DNA of 51,955 nucleotides from Bacteroidales bacterium (GCA_017548335.1 JAFZAF010000136.1:1-51955); one strand, 5' to 3'. Counted from the first letter of the stretch, positions 1 through 9,253 are shown. The notes: generated by a model not told the origin, from the letters alone. Numbers and translations are program-made.

Positions 1-12
1 CAAATAAATTCG

Positions 13-20
13 TATATTTG
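13..20 (+). promoter_or_regulatory. candidate -7 promoter box (TATATTTG) for greA
   Basis: Exact match to the Bacteroidetes -7 consensus TAnnTTTG, 68 nt upstream of the greA ATG. Sequence match only. Confidence 0.4.
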
Positions 21-87
21 CAAACACATCCAAGGGTTCTGCCACAAGGCAGGACTCCTTTTTAGTTAACTGAACGAAAACCAGATT

Positions 88-558
88 ATGGCAGAAGCAC
101 ACTACATCAGCCAGGAAGGGCTGGACAAGCTCAAGAAAGAACTCGCTGAGGCGCTGGCGCAGCGTCCCGTCATCTCCGCGGCCATCGCGGAGGCCCGCGA
201 GAAAGGAGACCTCTCGGAAAATGCCGAATACGAGTCGGCCCGCGAGGCGCAGGGCTTGCTCGAACTGAAAATCGCGAAACTGCAGAACCAGGTCATCAAC
301 GCCAAGGTCCTGGACAGCTCCCAGCTCAATACCGACCAGGTCCAGATGCTCAACCGGGTCAAGGTCGAAAACCTCTCCAACCACCGCGTGATGGAATTCA
401 CCATCGTGGGCGAGAGCGAGGCCGACTTCACCCAGGGCAAGCTGGCCGCCACGACCCCCATCGGCAAGGCCCTGATGGGTCACCGCAAGGGCGAAACCGT
501 GGACGCAAAGGTCCCTTCCGGCATCATCCAGTTCAAGATCCTTGACATTTCCCTCTGA
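88..558 (+). CDS. greA: transcription elongation factor GreA
   Basis: 156-aa ORF. N-terminal coiled-coil with acidic tip (KGDLSENAEYESAREAQ) and a C-terminal Gre domain (TPIGKALMGHRKGETV) typical of GreA. Confidence 0.95.
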   Translation: MAEAHYISQEGLDKLKKELAEALAQRPVISAAIAEAREKGDLSENAEYESAREAQGLLELKIAKLQNQVINAKVLDSSQLNTDQVQMLNRVKVENLSNHRVMEFTIVGESEADFTQGKLAATTPIGKALMGHRKGETVDAKVPSGIIQFKILDISL

Positions 559-965
559 TGGCAACGCTTTTCACCCGCATCGCCCAAGGCGAGATTCCGT
601 CCTGGAAAGTGGCGGAAAACGAAGACTACTATGCCTTCCTGGACATCAGCCCCCTGGCACCGGGCCATACCCTCGTAATCCCCAAGAAGGTGGAGGACGA
701 CTACATCTTCCATCTGGACGAGGCCACGTACACCGGCCTCTGGGCCTTCGCCCGCAAGGTCGCAACGGCCCTCAAGGCCGCCGTGCCGTGCAAGCGCGTC
801 GGCGTGGCCGTGCTCGGGATGGAAGTCCCGCACACCCACATCCACCTGGTTCCGCTCCAGACCGAAGGCGACCTGGACTTCCGCAAGGTCCGTCCGGTCG
901 TGACCCCGGAGCAAATGGCGCAGATCGCCGCCGCAATCCTCTCGGAATATGAAAAATTGCAATAA
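558..965 (+). CDS. HIT (histidine triad) family protein
   Basis: 135-aa ORF with the histidine-triad motif HTHIHLVP and the PLAPGHTLVIPK segment. Its start overlaps the greA stop (TGATG). Confidence 0.9.
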   Translation: MATLFTRIAQGEIPSWKVAENEDYYAFLDISPLAPGHTLVIPKKVEDDYIFHLDEATYTGLWAFARKVATALKAAVPCKRVGVAVLGMEVPHTHIHLVPLQTEGDLDFRKVRPVVTPEQMAQIAAAILSEYEKLQ

Positions 966-2052
966 GACCGTTGCGCTCGCGCTTGCCGTGCTGGCGCTTT
1001 CCGCCTGCGGCCAGAAGGCCCATATCCGCGGCAACCTGAGCGGCGCCGCCAACAAGCCCGTCGTGGTCAAGCTGCTGGATGTCAATACCTACCGCACGCT
1101 CGACACCATCAAGACCCGCGCCGACGGCTCCTTCCGTTACAATGCGGAGGTCAAGAAAGGCCAGCCGGAGTTCATCTACCTGTTCTACGGCGACACCCGC
1201 ATCGCAGCCCTGCTGCTGGAGACGGGCGAGACGGCCGTCGTGCAGGCGGACACGCTGGGCGGCTTCACCGTCGAGGGGTCGAAGGGCTCTTCCGACCTGG
1301 CGGTCGTCGACAAGGCTTACGCCGATTTCCACGCCGCCCTTGCGGCGCACGAGTCCACGCCGGTGGAGATGACGCGCGACTACATCAACCACTACCGCGA
1401 GAGCGTCAGGTACGTGCTGGCGCATCCTTACTCGCTCACCACGGTGCCCGTGCTCTTCGAGCGCCTGGGCGAGGCTCCCATCTTCGCCCAGCTCACGGAC
1501 GGCATCCTTTTCCGCAACGCCGTCGATTCGCTGAAGACGGTCTATCCCGACTCGCGTTACGTGAAGGCGCTGCAGAAGGAGGCCGACAGCCGTATGCGTA
1601 TGCTCGAAATCAACAACCAGGTGCAGAACGCCCCGGTGGCTTCTTTCCCGGATATCGTCCTGCCGGACATCAAGAGCGAGAAGCGCGCCCTCAGCGAGGT
1701 GGACGCCAAGGTGGTCCTAGTGCATTTCTGGGATCTCACCGATGCCTCCCAGAAGATGCTGAGCCTGGACGCGCTGCTGCCGCTTTACAACGAGTTCCAC
1801 GCGCGCGGCTTCGAGATCTATTCGATCTGTGTGACGCCCGACAAGCCGGAATGGGCTTCCGTCGTGCTGGCGCAGAAACTGCCGTGGATCAACGTGAACG
1901 ACGGTCTGGGCGGTGCTTCGCCCGCCGTGATCACCTACAACGTGACTTCGCTGCCCAATTCTTTCCTGGTCGTTGACGGGGAACTGAATACGACGCCGAT
2001 CAGCGGGGGAGTGGAGGGCCTGCGGAAGGAACTCCGGAGGCTGCTCAAGTAG
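949..2052 (+). CDS. TlpA-like thioredoxin-fold lipoprotein (DUF4369-like N-domain) lacking the CXXC motif
   Basis: Lipoprotein signal (LAVLALSAC). N-terminal beta-sandwich-like region, then a C-terminal thioredoxin-like region (VVLVHFWDLTDASQKM...WINVND...LPNSFLV). The position normally occupied by W-C-x-x-C reads W-D-L-T-D. Confidence 0.75.
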   Translation: MKNCNKTVALALAVLALSACGQKAHIRGNLSGAANKPVVVKLLDVNTYRTLDTIKTRADGSFRYNAEVKKGQPEFIYLFYGDTRIAALLLETGETAVVQADTLGGFTVEGSKGSSDLAVVDKAYADFHAALAAHESTPVEMTRDYINHYRESVRYVLAHPYSLTTVPVLFERLGEAPIFAQLTDGILFRNAVDSLKTVYPDSRYVKALQKEADSRMRMLEINNQVQNAPVASFPDIVLPDIKSEKRALSEVDAKVVLVHFWDLTDASQKMLSLDALLPLYNEFHARGFEIYSICVTPDKPEWASVVLAQKLPWINVNDGLGGASPAVITYNVTSLPNSFLVVDGELNTTPISGGVEGLRKELRRLLK

Positions 2053-2067
2053 TGCTTGACGCGTGTC

Positions 2068-2105
2068 ACGAAGAAGGCCGCCCCTTGCCGGGCGGCCTTC
2101 TTCGT
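2068..2105. terminator. GC-rich hairpin between convergent genes (possible bidirectional terminator)
   Basis: Near-perfect inverted repeat ACGAAGAAGGCCGCCC / GGGCGGCCTTCTTCGT with a 6-nt loop, between the stops of 949-2052 (+) and 2105-2641 (-). No clear U-tract on either strand. Confidence 0.45.
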
Positions 2106-2641
2106 TATGCGTCGTATTTGGGTTTCAGGATTTCCGAGTAGAGGATCAGTTTCTTCGGGTCGATCTTCAGTTTGTCCGCGGGCTGCTTCTCTACATTCGT
2201 TTCCTTCTTTTTCCGGTGGATGGCCCGCACGCCCTCTTCGGATTGTTCTTGATCTGGGCTGCTGCGGAGCTTGCCCCCCGAAACGTCCTCCTTCGTCGGA
2301 CCCCACCGCTGCGCTTCGCTTGCGGTCCCCCCTCTTACGGTGCCGAGGGTGGCACGGTTTAACCTGCGGTTTCCCTCCTTGCCGCTCGGCAGAGAAAGCG
2401 AGCTGTCTCTGCACTCACTTGCTGCGTCGGGTCCGGGGGCAACTCCGCCAGCAGCCCCGTCGGCCGATCTTCCGTCATTCCGGGCGAGCTCCCTGGCGGC
2501 CGGAGAAGAGGAAGGGAAAGTGGGACGGGGACGCGGGGTGGGCTGGGATGCGGCGCGTTTCTGCTTGGCACGCTTGTCAAGCAGGGCGACGACCACCGGA
2601 AAGGCGAACATCAATATGGGAATCAGCACCTCCCAATCCAT
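2105..2641 (-). CDS. hypothetical membrane-anchored protein with a long disordered Pro/Ser/Arg/Gly-rich region
   Basis: 178-aa ORF, co-directional with and 30 nt downstream of tsaB. N-terminal hydrophobic helix (VLIPILMFAFPVVVALL) followed by low-complexity sequence. Several other frames are also open here, so coding status is uncertain. Confidence 0.5.
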   Translation of the reverse strand: MDWEVLIPILMFAFPVVVALLDKRAKQKRAASQPTPRPRPTFPSSSPAARELARNDGRSADGAAGGVAPGPDAASECRDSSLSLPSGKEGNRRLNRATLGTVRGGTASEAQRWGPTKEDVSGGKLRSSPDQEQSEEGVRAIHRKKKETNVEKQPADKLKIDPKKLILYSEILKPKYDA

Positions 2642-2671
2642 AGTCCAAAAATAAAGAAAATCCCTTGAAAA

Positions 2672-3364
2672 TCAAAAGAGTTTGCGCCGGCTGACCGTCG
2701 CGATGAAATCCTTCAGGTAAAACGGCTCGAAATAAGCCGTATCCTTGAAGTTCCCCGCCTCGAACTCCCGCATCGCAGGCCCGAGCATCGCCGAAGCGTG
2801 AGGGAAGGTCTGCACGAAACGGGTCTGCGGCCCGGCAAGTACCTCGCTGCACTTGGCGGCCCCGTCGCCGATGAACAGCACGGGCCCCCCGGCGCGCTCG
2901 GCGGAAAAACTGTCCGCATCGATTACGCGAGGTTCCACCTCGGTCAGCAGCTGCCCGTCGGGGGAGAAGACGGCGGTATAAACCTCCATCCGGCGCGCGT
3001 CCAGCAGGGGAATGACATAGCGGCAGCCATCGGGCACCAGGCCGTTGTCCCGGGCCTGCTGGACGAGTACGTCGAGCGTACCCACCGCCAGCAGCGGCAC
3101 GCCGGCCGCAAAGCAGATGCCTTTGGCCGTGGACACGCCCACGCGCAGCCCCGTGTAGGACCCCGGACCGCCGCTCACGCACACGGCGTCGAGGTCGGAA
3201 GCGAGCATCCCGGCGTCGTCCAGCAACCCCTTGATGAAAGGAGCGGTCATCGCGGCGTGCGCCCGGGGCTGGTCGCTTTCGCGGGTGGCCGCGACCTTGC
3301 CGTCGACGGCAAGGGCCACCGAACAGAGTGCGGTGGAAGTCTCGATGAGCAGGAGCCTAGACAT
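2672..3364 (-). CDS. tsaB: tRNA threonylcarbamoyladenosine (t6A) biosynthesis protein TsaB
   Basis: 230-aa ORF. N-terminus LLIETSTALCSVALA and GPGSYTGLRVG motif typical of TsaB/YeaZ. Confidence 0.9.
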   Translation of the reverse strand: MSRLLLIETSTALCSVALAVDGKVAATRESDQPRAHAAMTAPFIKGLLDDAGMLASDLDAVCVSGGPGSYTGLRVGVSTAKGICFAAGVPLLAVGTLDVLVQQARDNGLVPDGCRYVIPLLDARRMEVYTAVFSPDGQLLTEVEPRVIDADSFSAERAGGPVLFIGDGAAKCSEVLAGPQTRFVQTFPHASAMLGPAMREFEAGNFKDTAYFEPFYLKDFIATVSRRKLF

Positions 3365-3905
3365 TCCCGGAAACGACCTCGGTGGCGGCCGCGGCGGCGC
3401 CGGCGGCGTCAGTCCCGCCCGAAACGAAGGACTTCAGGATGGGGAAGATGGCGTTGGCGACGTCCTTGAGGGCCTGATATACCACGGCGTTCTCCGTGGC
3501 TTCGGGCTTCACCAGGTGCAGGGAGCTGTTGAGCGTTTCGAAGAGCAGGATCACCAGGCCGAGGATGAGCCCGACCTTCAGGATGCCGAACACCATACCC
3601 AGCAGCCGGTTGAAGAAGCCCAGCGAGAGGGCCTTCAGCGCCTTGGTGATCAGTACGCCGATGAGGTTCAGGATGAGCGCGACCACGATGGCGATCAGGA
3701 TGAAGCAGATGACCTTCAGCACGGTGGCGTCGAGGGTCACGTAGGTGCCCAGCCAGTCGGCAAGCATCGTGGAGAAGTGGAAGGCGGCCCAGGCGGCGAG
3801 CAGGATCGCCACGAAATCGATGACCTGCTTCACGAATCCCTTGGAAATGCCGGCCACGATGGCGGGGATGAAACAGAGCAGGAGAACAATGTCGAGAATA
3901 GCCAT
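3357..3905 (-). CDS. cvpA: CvpA family membrane protein
   Basis: 182-aa multi-TM ORF. N-terminus ILDIVLLLCFIPAIVAGISKGFVKQV is typical of the colicin V production protein family. Overlaps the tsaB start by 8 nt. Confidence 0.85.
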   Translation of the reverse strand: MAILDIVLLLCFIPAIVAGISKGFVKQVIDFVAILLAAWAAFHFSTMLADWLGTYVTLDATVLKVICFILIAIVVALILNLIGVLITKALKALSLGFFNRLLGMVFGILKVGLILGLVILLFETLNSSLHLVKPEATENAVVYQALKDVANAIFPILKSFVSGGTDAAGAAAAATEVVSGNV

Positions 3906-3913
3906 ATCCTTAT

Positions 3914-3944
3914 TTTGTTAAATAGGCAGAAATCGTTAAATTTG
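3914..3944 (+). promoter_or_regulatory. candidate ileS promoter (-33 TTTG / -7 TAAATTTG)
   Basis: TTTG at 3914-3917 and TAAATTTG at 3937-3944 with a 19-nt spacer, 38 nt upstream of the ileS ATG. Matches the Bacteroidetes promoter consensus. Confidence 0.5.
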
Positions 3945-3981
3945 CAGACTAAATTTACAAGGCAAAATTAGGCAAAAAAAT

Positions 3982-6900
3982 ATGACATTCAAAGAATATG
4001 GCGGATTGGATCTGGTCGGCGTAGGTGCGGAGGTGCTCCAACGCTGGAAAAAGATGCACGCCTTCGAGAAATCCCTGGCTGTCCGGGAGGGTGCGCCGGA
4101 GTTCATTTTCTTCGAAGGACCGCCTTCCGCGAACGGAATGCCGGGCATCCACCACGTGATGGCCCGCTCCATCAAGGACGCCGTCTGCCGCTATAAGACC
4201 CAGGCCGGCTTCAAGGTCCGCCGCCGCGCGGGCTGGGACACCCACGGCCTGCCGGTCGAGCTGGGTGTCGAGAAGAAGCTTGGCATCACCAAGGAGGACA
4301 TCGGCAGCAAGATTTCCGTCGCCGACTACAACCGCACCTGCCGCGAGGAGGTGATGAAATACACCGCCGAGTGGCGGAGCCTGACCGAGCGCATCGGTTA
4401 TTGGGTGGATATGGACGACCCGTACGTCACCTACGACAACCGCTATATCGAGACGCTCTGGTACCTGCTCAAGGACATCTACGGCAAGGGCCTGCTGTAC
4501 AAGGGCAAGAGCATCCAGCCGTATTCCCCGGCCGCCGGCACGGGCCTGAGCACGCACGAGCTCAACCAGCCGGGCTGCTACCGCGACGTCAAGGACACTA
4601 CCTGCACCGTGCAGTTCAAGGTGGTGGGGGAGGAAGACCTCTATTTCCTCGCCTGGACCACGACGCCCTGGACCCTCGCGTCCAACACGGCGCTCTGTGT
4701 CGGTCCCAACATCGACTACGTGAAGGTCCGTTCCGCGAACCCGTACACCGGCGCCCCTGCGACCTATATCGTGGCCGAGGCGCTCGTGGGCAGCCTGTTC
4801 AACGGAAAGGTTCCCTTCGAGGTGCTTCCCGGCACCGTCAAGGGCCGCGAACTGGTGGGCCTGCGCTATGAGCAGCTGATCCCGTGGTTCCGTCCCGACG
4901 GAGACGCCTTCCGCGTCATCCCGGGCGACTACGTGACCATAGAGGAAGGTACCGGTATCGTCCACATCGCGCCGACCTTCGGCGCCGACGACGCCAAGGT
5001 GGCCCGCGCTGCCGGCATCGCCGCCCTGCAGGTGGTCGACCGCAACGGCGACGCGCAGGCGCAGGTGGACCTCCAGGGCCGTTTCTGCCGCCTGGAAGAC
5101 CTCGACCCGCAGTATGTCGCCACGCACGTGAGCCCGGACTACGCCGGGTGGGCCGGCCGCTACGTGAAGAACGCCTATGACAGCAGCCTCGCTCCGGACG
5201 CTCCCACGCTGGACATCGACCTGTGCGTGATGCTCAAGGCCGCAGGGAAGGCGTTCAGGATCGAGAAGCACGTCCACTCTTATCCGCACTGCTGGCGCAC
5301 CGACAAGCCGGTGCTCTACTACCCGCTGGACAGCTGGTTCATCAAGACCACGGCCGTGCGCGAGCAGATGATGGCCCTGAACGGGGAGATTGCCTGGAAG
5401 CCGGAGTCCACCGGTACCGGCCGCTTCGGCAAGTGGCTGGAGAACATCCAGGACTGGAACCTCAGCCGCAGCCGTTACTGGGGCACCCCGCTGCCTGTCT
5501 GGCGCACCGAAGACAGCCGGGAAGAACTCTGCATCGGCTCCGTGAAGGAGCTGTACGCCGAGATCGACAAGGCCGTGGCCGCCGGCATAATGCCTTCCAA
5601 CCCGTTGAGGGACAAGGGCTTCGACCCGGACGATATGTCCAAGGAGAACTACGACCGCATCGACCTTCACCGTCCGTACGTCGACGAGATCTTCCTCGTC
5701 AGCCCGTCGGGCAGGAAGATGACGCGCGAGACCGACCTCATCGACGTCTGGTTCGATTCCGGCGCGATGCCGTACGCCCAGACGGGCCTGCGCGGCATCG
5801 ACAGCCCGGACTTCGGCTGCACGGCCGACTTCATCGCCGAAGGCGTGGACCAGACGCGCGGGTGGTTCTACACCCTGCACGCCATCCATACGATGGTCAG
5901 CGGCACGCCCGCCTTCAGGCGCGTGATCTCCAATGGCCTCGTGCTGGACAAGAAGGGCGAAAAGATGAGCAAGCGCCTGGGCAACGCCGTGGATCCTTTC
6001 CAGGCGATGGACAAGTACGGTCCCGACACCCTCCGCTGGTATATGCTGACCAACGCCCAGCCCTGGGACAACCTCAAGTTCGACGAGGCCGGGGTGGAGG
6101 AGGTACGCCGCAAGTTCTTCGGCACGCTGTACAACTCCTACTCGGTGTTCGCGCTGTACGCCAACATCGACGGTTTCGACCCGGCGGCGGAGACGGTGCC
6201 CTACGAGCATCGCCCGATGTTCGACCGCTGGATCGTCAGCCGGCTCAACACCCTGGTGAAGGGTGTGGTGGCCGCCTATGAGGACTACGACATCACCACG
6301 GCGGGCCGCCTGGTGCAGGATTTCGTGTGCGACGACCTGTCCAACTGGTACATCCGCCTGAACAAGAAACGCCTCTGGGGCGCCGGGATGACGGAGGACA
6401 AACTCTCCGCCTACCAGACCCTGTACGAGGTGCTGAAGGGCGTGGCCCTGCTGGGTGCGCCCATCGCGCCGTTCTTTATGGAGCGGCTGTGGCTGGACCT
6501 CGTGCCGGACTCCGACTCGGTGCACTACCGCCCGATGCCGGCGTACGACGCCTGCCTCGTGGACGAGGGCCTGGAGGAAAGTATGGGCTTCGCCCAGAAG
6601 GCTTCCTCGATGGTGCTCGCCCTGCGCAAGAAGGTGGGCATCAACGTGCGCAAGCCGCTAGCGAAGGTGCTCGTCCCGGTCCTCGACGACACGGTGAAGG
6701 AGCACATCCAGCGCGTCAGCGACATCTTCCTGACGGAGGTCAACGTCAAGGAGATCGAGTTCCTGCACGACACCGTGGGGCTCATCACGAAGAAGATCAA
6801 GCCCAACTTCAAGACCCTCGGCAAGATCTACGGCAAGCAGATGAAGGAGATCGCCGCCGCATTCGGCACCCTTTCGCAGGAGGAGATCGCCGCCATCGAG

Positions 6901-7338
6901 CGCGCCGAGGCCGAGTATGTACTGCACCTGCCGTCCGGCGACGTCACCCTCGCCAAGGGCGACTACGAGATCAGCTCCGAGGATATGCCGGGCTGGCTCG
7001 TGGCCACGGAAGGCACCCTGACCCTGGCCCTGGACATCGTTCAGACGCCGGAACTGGTCCGCGAGGGCAACGCCCGCGAACTCATCCACCCGATCCAGAC
7101 CCTCCGCAAGGAAAGCGGTTTCGAGGTCACGGACCGGATCCGCACCGTCCTGTATGCCGACGGCGCCGTGGCGGACGAGATCCGCGACGCGCTCTCGGAA
7201 TACGCGGATTACGTAGCAGCCCAGACCCTCTCGCTCTCGCTGGAGCTCAAAGGCCTGGACGAAGCCCCGGAGGATGCCGCCACACTCGAGTGGGGCGCGG
7301 GCACCTTCCGCATCCAAGTAAGCAAACAAACTAAATAA
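3982..7338 (+). CDS. ileS: isoleucine--tRNA ligase
   Basis: 1118-aa ORF with a class I aaRS HIGH-type motif (PGIHHVMAR) and KMSKS motif (KMSKRLGN). Length and architecture fit IleRS. Confidence 0.98.
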   Translation: MTFKEYGGLDLVGVGAEVLQRWKKMHAFEKSLAVREGAPEFIFFEGPPSANGMPGIHHVMARSIKDAVCRYKTQAGFKVRRRAGWDTHGLPVELGVEKKLGITKEDIGSKISVADYNRTCREEVMKYTAEWRSLTERIGYWVDMDDPYVTYDNRYIETLWYLLKDIYGKGLLYKGKSIQPYSPAAGTGLSTHELNQPGCYRDVKDTTCTVQFKVVGEEDLYFLAWTTTPWTLASNTALCVGPNIDYVKVRSANPYTGAPATYIVAEALVGSLFNGKVPFEVLPGTVKGRELVGLRYEQLIPWFRPDGDAFRVIPGDYVTIEEGTGIVHIAPTFGADDAKVARAAGIAALQVVDRNGDAQAQVDLQGRFCRLEDLDPQYVATHVSPDYAGWAGRYVKNAYDSSLAPDAPTLDIDLCVMLKAAGKAFRIEKHVHSYPHCWRTDKPVLYYPLDSWFIKTTAVREQMMALNGEIAWKPESTGTGRFGKWLENIQDWNLSRSRYWGTPLPVWRTEDSREELCIGSVKELYAEIDKAVAAGIMPSNPLRDKGFDPDDMSKENYDRIDLHRPYVDEIFLVSPSGRKMTRETDLIDVWFDSGAMPYAQTGLRGIDSPDFGCTADFIAEGVDQTRGWFYTLHAIHTMVSGTPAFRRVISNGLVLDKKGEKMSKRLGNAVDPFQAMDKYGPDTLRWYMLTNAQPWDNLKFDEAGVEEVRRKFFGTLYNSYSVFALYANIDGFDPAAETVPYEHRPMFDRWIVSRLNTLVKGVVAAYEDYDITTAGRLVQDFVCDDLSNWYIRLNKKRLWGAGMTEDKLSAYQTLYEVLKGVALLGAPIAPFFMERLWLDLVPDSDSVHYRPMPAYDACLVDEGLEESMGFAQKASSMVLALRKKVGINVRKPLAKVLVPVLDDTVKEHIQRVSDIFLTEVNVKEIEFLHDTVGLITKKIKPNFKTLGKIYGKQMKEIAAAFGTLSQEEIAAIERAEAEYVLHLPSGDVTLAKGDYEISSEDMPGWLVATEGTLTLALDIVQTPELVREGNARELIHPIQTLRKESGFEVTDRIRTVLYADGAVADEIRDALSEYADYVAAQTLSLSLELKGLDEAPEDAATLEWGAGTFRIQVSKQTK

Positions 7339-7346
7339 CCGTTAAT

Positions 7347-7769
7347 ATGGAAAAAGTTACCCCTTCAGAGCCTCAGGCCGTCAAGACCCGTTACTCCGAT
7401 GCCGAACTCGCCGAGTTCAAGGCTATCATTGAAGAGAAGCTCGCCAAGGCCAAAGCCGAGTACAACACCCTCCGTCAGGTGGTGATGCACAACGGCACCA
7501 ACGATATCGAGGACACCACCCCGTCTTTCCGCACGGTCGAGGACGACGGCGCCTTCCAGCTTTCCAAGGAAGAAGCCAGCCAGATGGCGCAGCGCCAGTA
7601 CAAGTTCATCCAGAACCTGGAAGGCGCGCTGGCCCGCATCGAGAACAAGACTTACGGCATTTGCCGCGTGACCGGCAAGCTCATCCCCAAGGAGCGCCTG
7701 CGCCTGGTGCCGCACGCAACCCTGACCGTCGAGGCCAAGGAAATGCTCGCCAAGCAGGGCAAGAACTAG
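7347..7769 (+). CDS. DksA/TraR family protein with a degenerate zinc finger
   Basis: 140-aa ORF with a coiled-coil N-terminal region. The C-terminal segment YGICRVTGKLIPKERLRLVPHATL resembles the DksA/TraR finger but retains only one Cys. Sits in the ileS-dksA-lspA order. Confidence 0.8.
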   Translation: MEKVTPSEPQAVKTRYSDAELAEFKAIIEEKLAKAKAEYNTLRQVVMHNGTNDIEDTTPSFRTVEDDGAFQLSKEEASQMAQRQYKFIQNLEGALARIENKTYGICRVTGKLIPKERLRLVPHATLTVEAKEMLAKQGKN

Positions 7770-7773
7770 GGAT

Positions 7774-8340
7774 ATGAAATTATCCCAAGGCAAACGGCTC
7801 CTGCTGCTGGGCGTCCTGCTCGTCGTCATCGACCAGGTGATCAAATACCTGGTCAAGACGAATATGGAGCTGGGACAGCAGATCTATGTGATCGGGCAGT
7901 GGTTCCGCCTCTGCTTCGTGGAGAACGAGGGGATGGCGTTCGGGATGGCGTTCGGCGGTCAGGTGGGCAAGTTCCTGCTGTCCCTTTTCCGCATCTTGCT
8001 CAGCGGGGCGCTGATCTGGTGGATTTCCTCCCTGATCAAGAAGGGAAACACCCCGAAGGGCGTGCTGGTGGGCCTGACGCTGATTACGGCCGGAGCCATC
8101 GGGAACATCATCGACAGCCTGTTCTACGGCATCATCTGGGGCTATGCGCCCTTTATGTTCGGCAAGGTGGTGGATATGTTCTTCTTCCCGCTCATCCGGG
8201 ACGGCGAGCGCGTGATCTTCTTCAGTCCCGTGTTCAACTTCGCGGATTCCTGCGTGACGGTGGGGGCTTTCTATCTGGTGTTGTTCCAGTGGAAGTTCTT
8301 CGCCAAGGACGAAGAAAAAGAAAAGAAGAAAGAAAAATAG
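7774..8340 (+). CDS. lspA: lipoprotein signal peptidase II
   Basis: 188-aa, 4-TM ORF with NEGMAFG and FNFADSCVTVG motifs typical of LspA. Confidence 0.93.
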   Translation: MKLSQGKRLLLLGVLLVVIDQVIKYLVKTNMELGQQIYVIGQWFRLCFVENEGMAFGMAFGGQVGKFLLSLFRILLSGALIWWISSLIKKGNTPKGVLVGLTLITAGAIGNIIDSLFYGIIWGYAPFMFGKVVDMFFFPLIRDGERVIFFSPVFNFADSCVTVGAFYLVLFQWKFFAKDEEKEKKKEK

Positions 8341-8343
8341 AAG

Positions 8344-8428
8344 CGGAGGCGGAGGGATTCGAACCCCCGGAACGTTACCGTTCAACAGTTTTCAAGACTG
8401 CCGCCATCGACCACTCGGCCACACCTCC
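8344..8428 (-). tRNA. tRNA-Ser (anticodon TGA)
   Basis: Reverse complement GGAGGTGTGGCCGAGTGGTCGATGGCGGCAGTCTTGAAAACTGT... folds as a cloverleaf. Acceptor GGAGGTG/CGCCTCC, anticodon loop CTTGAAA, long variable arm (GAACGGTAACGTTC), T-loop TTCGAAT. CCA is not encoded. Confidence 0.9.
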
Positions 8429-8442
8429 GTTTTTGCGGATTG

Positions 8443-8450
8443 CAAAGATA
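8443..8450 (-). promoter_or_regulatory. candidate -7 box (TATCTTTG) for tRNA-Ser(TGA)
   Basis: Plus-strand CAAAGATA is TATCTTTG on the minus strand, 15 nt upstream of the tRNA 5' end. Confidence 0.4.
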
Positions 8451-8465
8451 GGCAAATAATCTGAT

Positions 8466-8506
8466 TTCAGAAAATTGAAGCGCCCGGGAGAGATCCCGGA
8501 CGCTTC
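8466..8506 (-). terminator. hairpin terminator downstream of the OMP gene
   Basis: GAAGCGCCCGGGA / TCCCGGACGCTTC inverted repeat (one mismatch), followed on the minus strand by AATTTTCTG. Lies 25 nt past the stop of 8531-9148. Confidence 0.5.
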
Positions 8507-8530
8507 GTCTTGTAAAGGAAACCGAAGTTT

Positions 8531-9148
8531 CTAGAAGAGGAACGCAACACCCGCGGTGAGCTGGTTGCGGCGATACGCGGTGTTGGTGTTGTTGTAGCGG
8601 TTCAGCATACCCATATCGTAGCCGATGTTGAGGCGGAACATATTCATAATCTCGACGCCCACGCCGCCGCCGACCAGGATGTCGAAGCGGTTGAGGTCGG
8701 AATTCTCCTGATAGCGGTCATAGGATCCGCTGCTGGTGCCGACGCTGCTGGTCACCTTGGAGGCGACACCCAGCGAGACGCTCGGACCGGCATAGGCGAA
8801 GAAGCGGAAATCCGGGCTGAGGTCGAGACCGTAGCTGAAATGCAGGGGGACGTTGATGAAATGATCCTCGCGCTTGCCGCTCAACTTGGTGATGATGAGG
8901 TCGGTGGCATTGCTCTTGGCAGCATAGCCGTAGTAAACGCCGGGGGTGAAGTTGATACCGGAAGCCACGGGCACGGTGAAGCCGACGCCGGCGTAGAAGC
9001 CGCTCAGCGGATCGGAGTTGGTGGTGCTGCCGGACTTGACGACATCGATGGAGTTGAAATAACCGGCGCCGACGGAAGCCTGAGCGAACGCAGGGGCGCT
9101 GGCGAGCAGCACGAGGGCTGCGGAAAGAAGGGTAACAATCTTTTTCAT
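8531..9148 (-). CDS. outer-membrane beta-barrel protein (porin-like OMP)
   Basis: 205-aa ORF with a signal peptide (LLASAPAFAQ), alternating hydrophobic beta-strand pattern rich in G/Y, and a C-terminal ...GVAFLF typical of OMP barrels. Confidence 0.8.
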   Translation of the reverse strand: MKKIVTLLSAALVLLASAPAFAQASVGAGYFNSIDVVKSGSTTNSDPLSGFYAGVGFTVPVASGINFTPGVYYGYAAKSNATDLIITKLSGKREDHFINVPLHFSYGLDLSPDFRFFAYAGPSVSLGVASKVTSSVGTSSGSYDRYQENSDLNRFDILVGGGVGVEIMNMFRLNIGYDMGMLNRYNNTNTAYRRNQLTAGVAFLF

Positions 9149-9185
9149 ACTTATAATGATAATGTATTGTGTCGTTTCAGTGTCA

Positions 9186-9204
9186 TTTCGGACAGGGTCC
9201 GAAA
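9186..9204 (-). terminator. possible hairpin downstream of icd
   Basis: Perfect 8-bp stem TTTCGGAC/GTCCGAAA with a 3-nt loop, 50 nt past the icd stop. No U-tract, so function is uncertain. Confidence 0.3.
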
Positions 9205-9253
9205 GGAAGATGCGAAAATCGCGCCAAATGTTGCAGTTGACACTTAGTCCGGC

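Noticed and set aside
2056-2643. 195-aa plus-strand ORF (and the 127-aa ORF at 2271-2654) opposite the disordered protein gene
   Set aside because: The plus-strand reading would start just after a convergent hairpin and run toward tsaB with no promoter context. The product is Arg/Pro/Ser-rich with no features. The minus-strand frame fits operon context better, though neither is proven.
3955-6525. 856-aa minus-strand ORF
   Set aside because: Fully antisense to ileS, which has unambiguous HIGH and KMSKS motifs. The product is compositionally biased (V/G/A/R/H) with no motifs.
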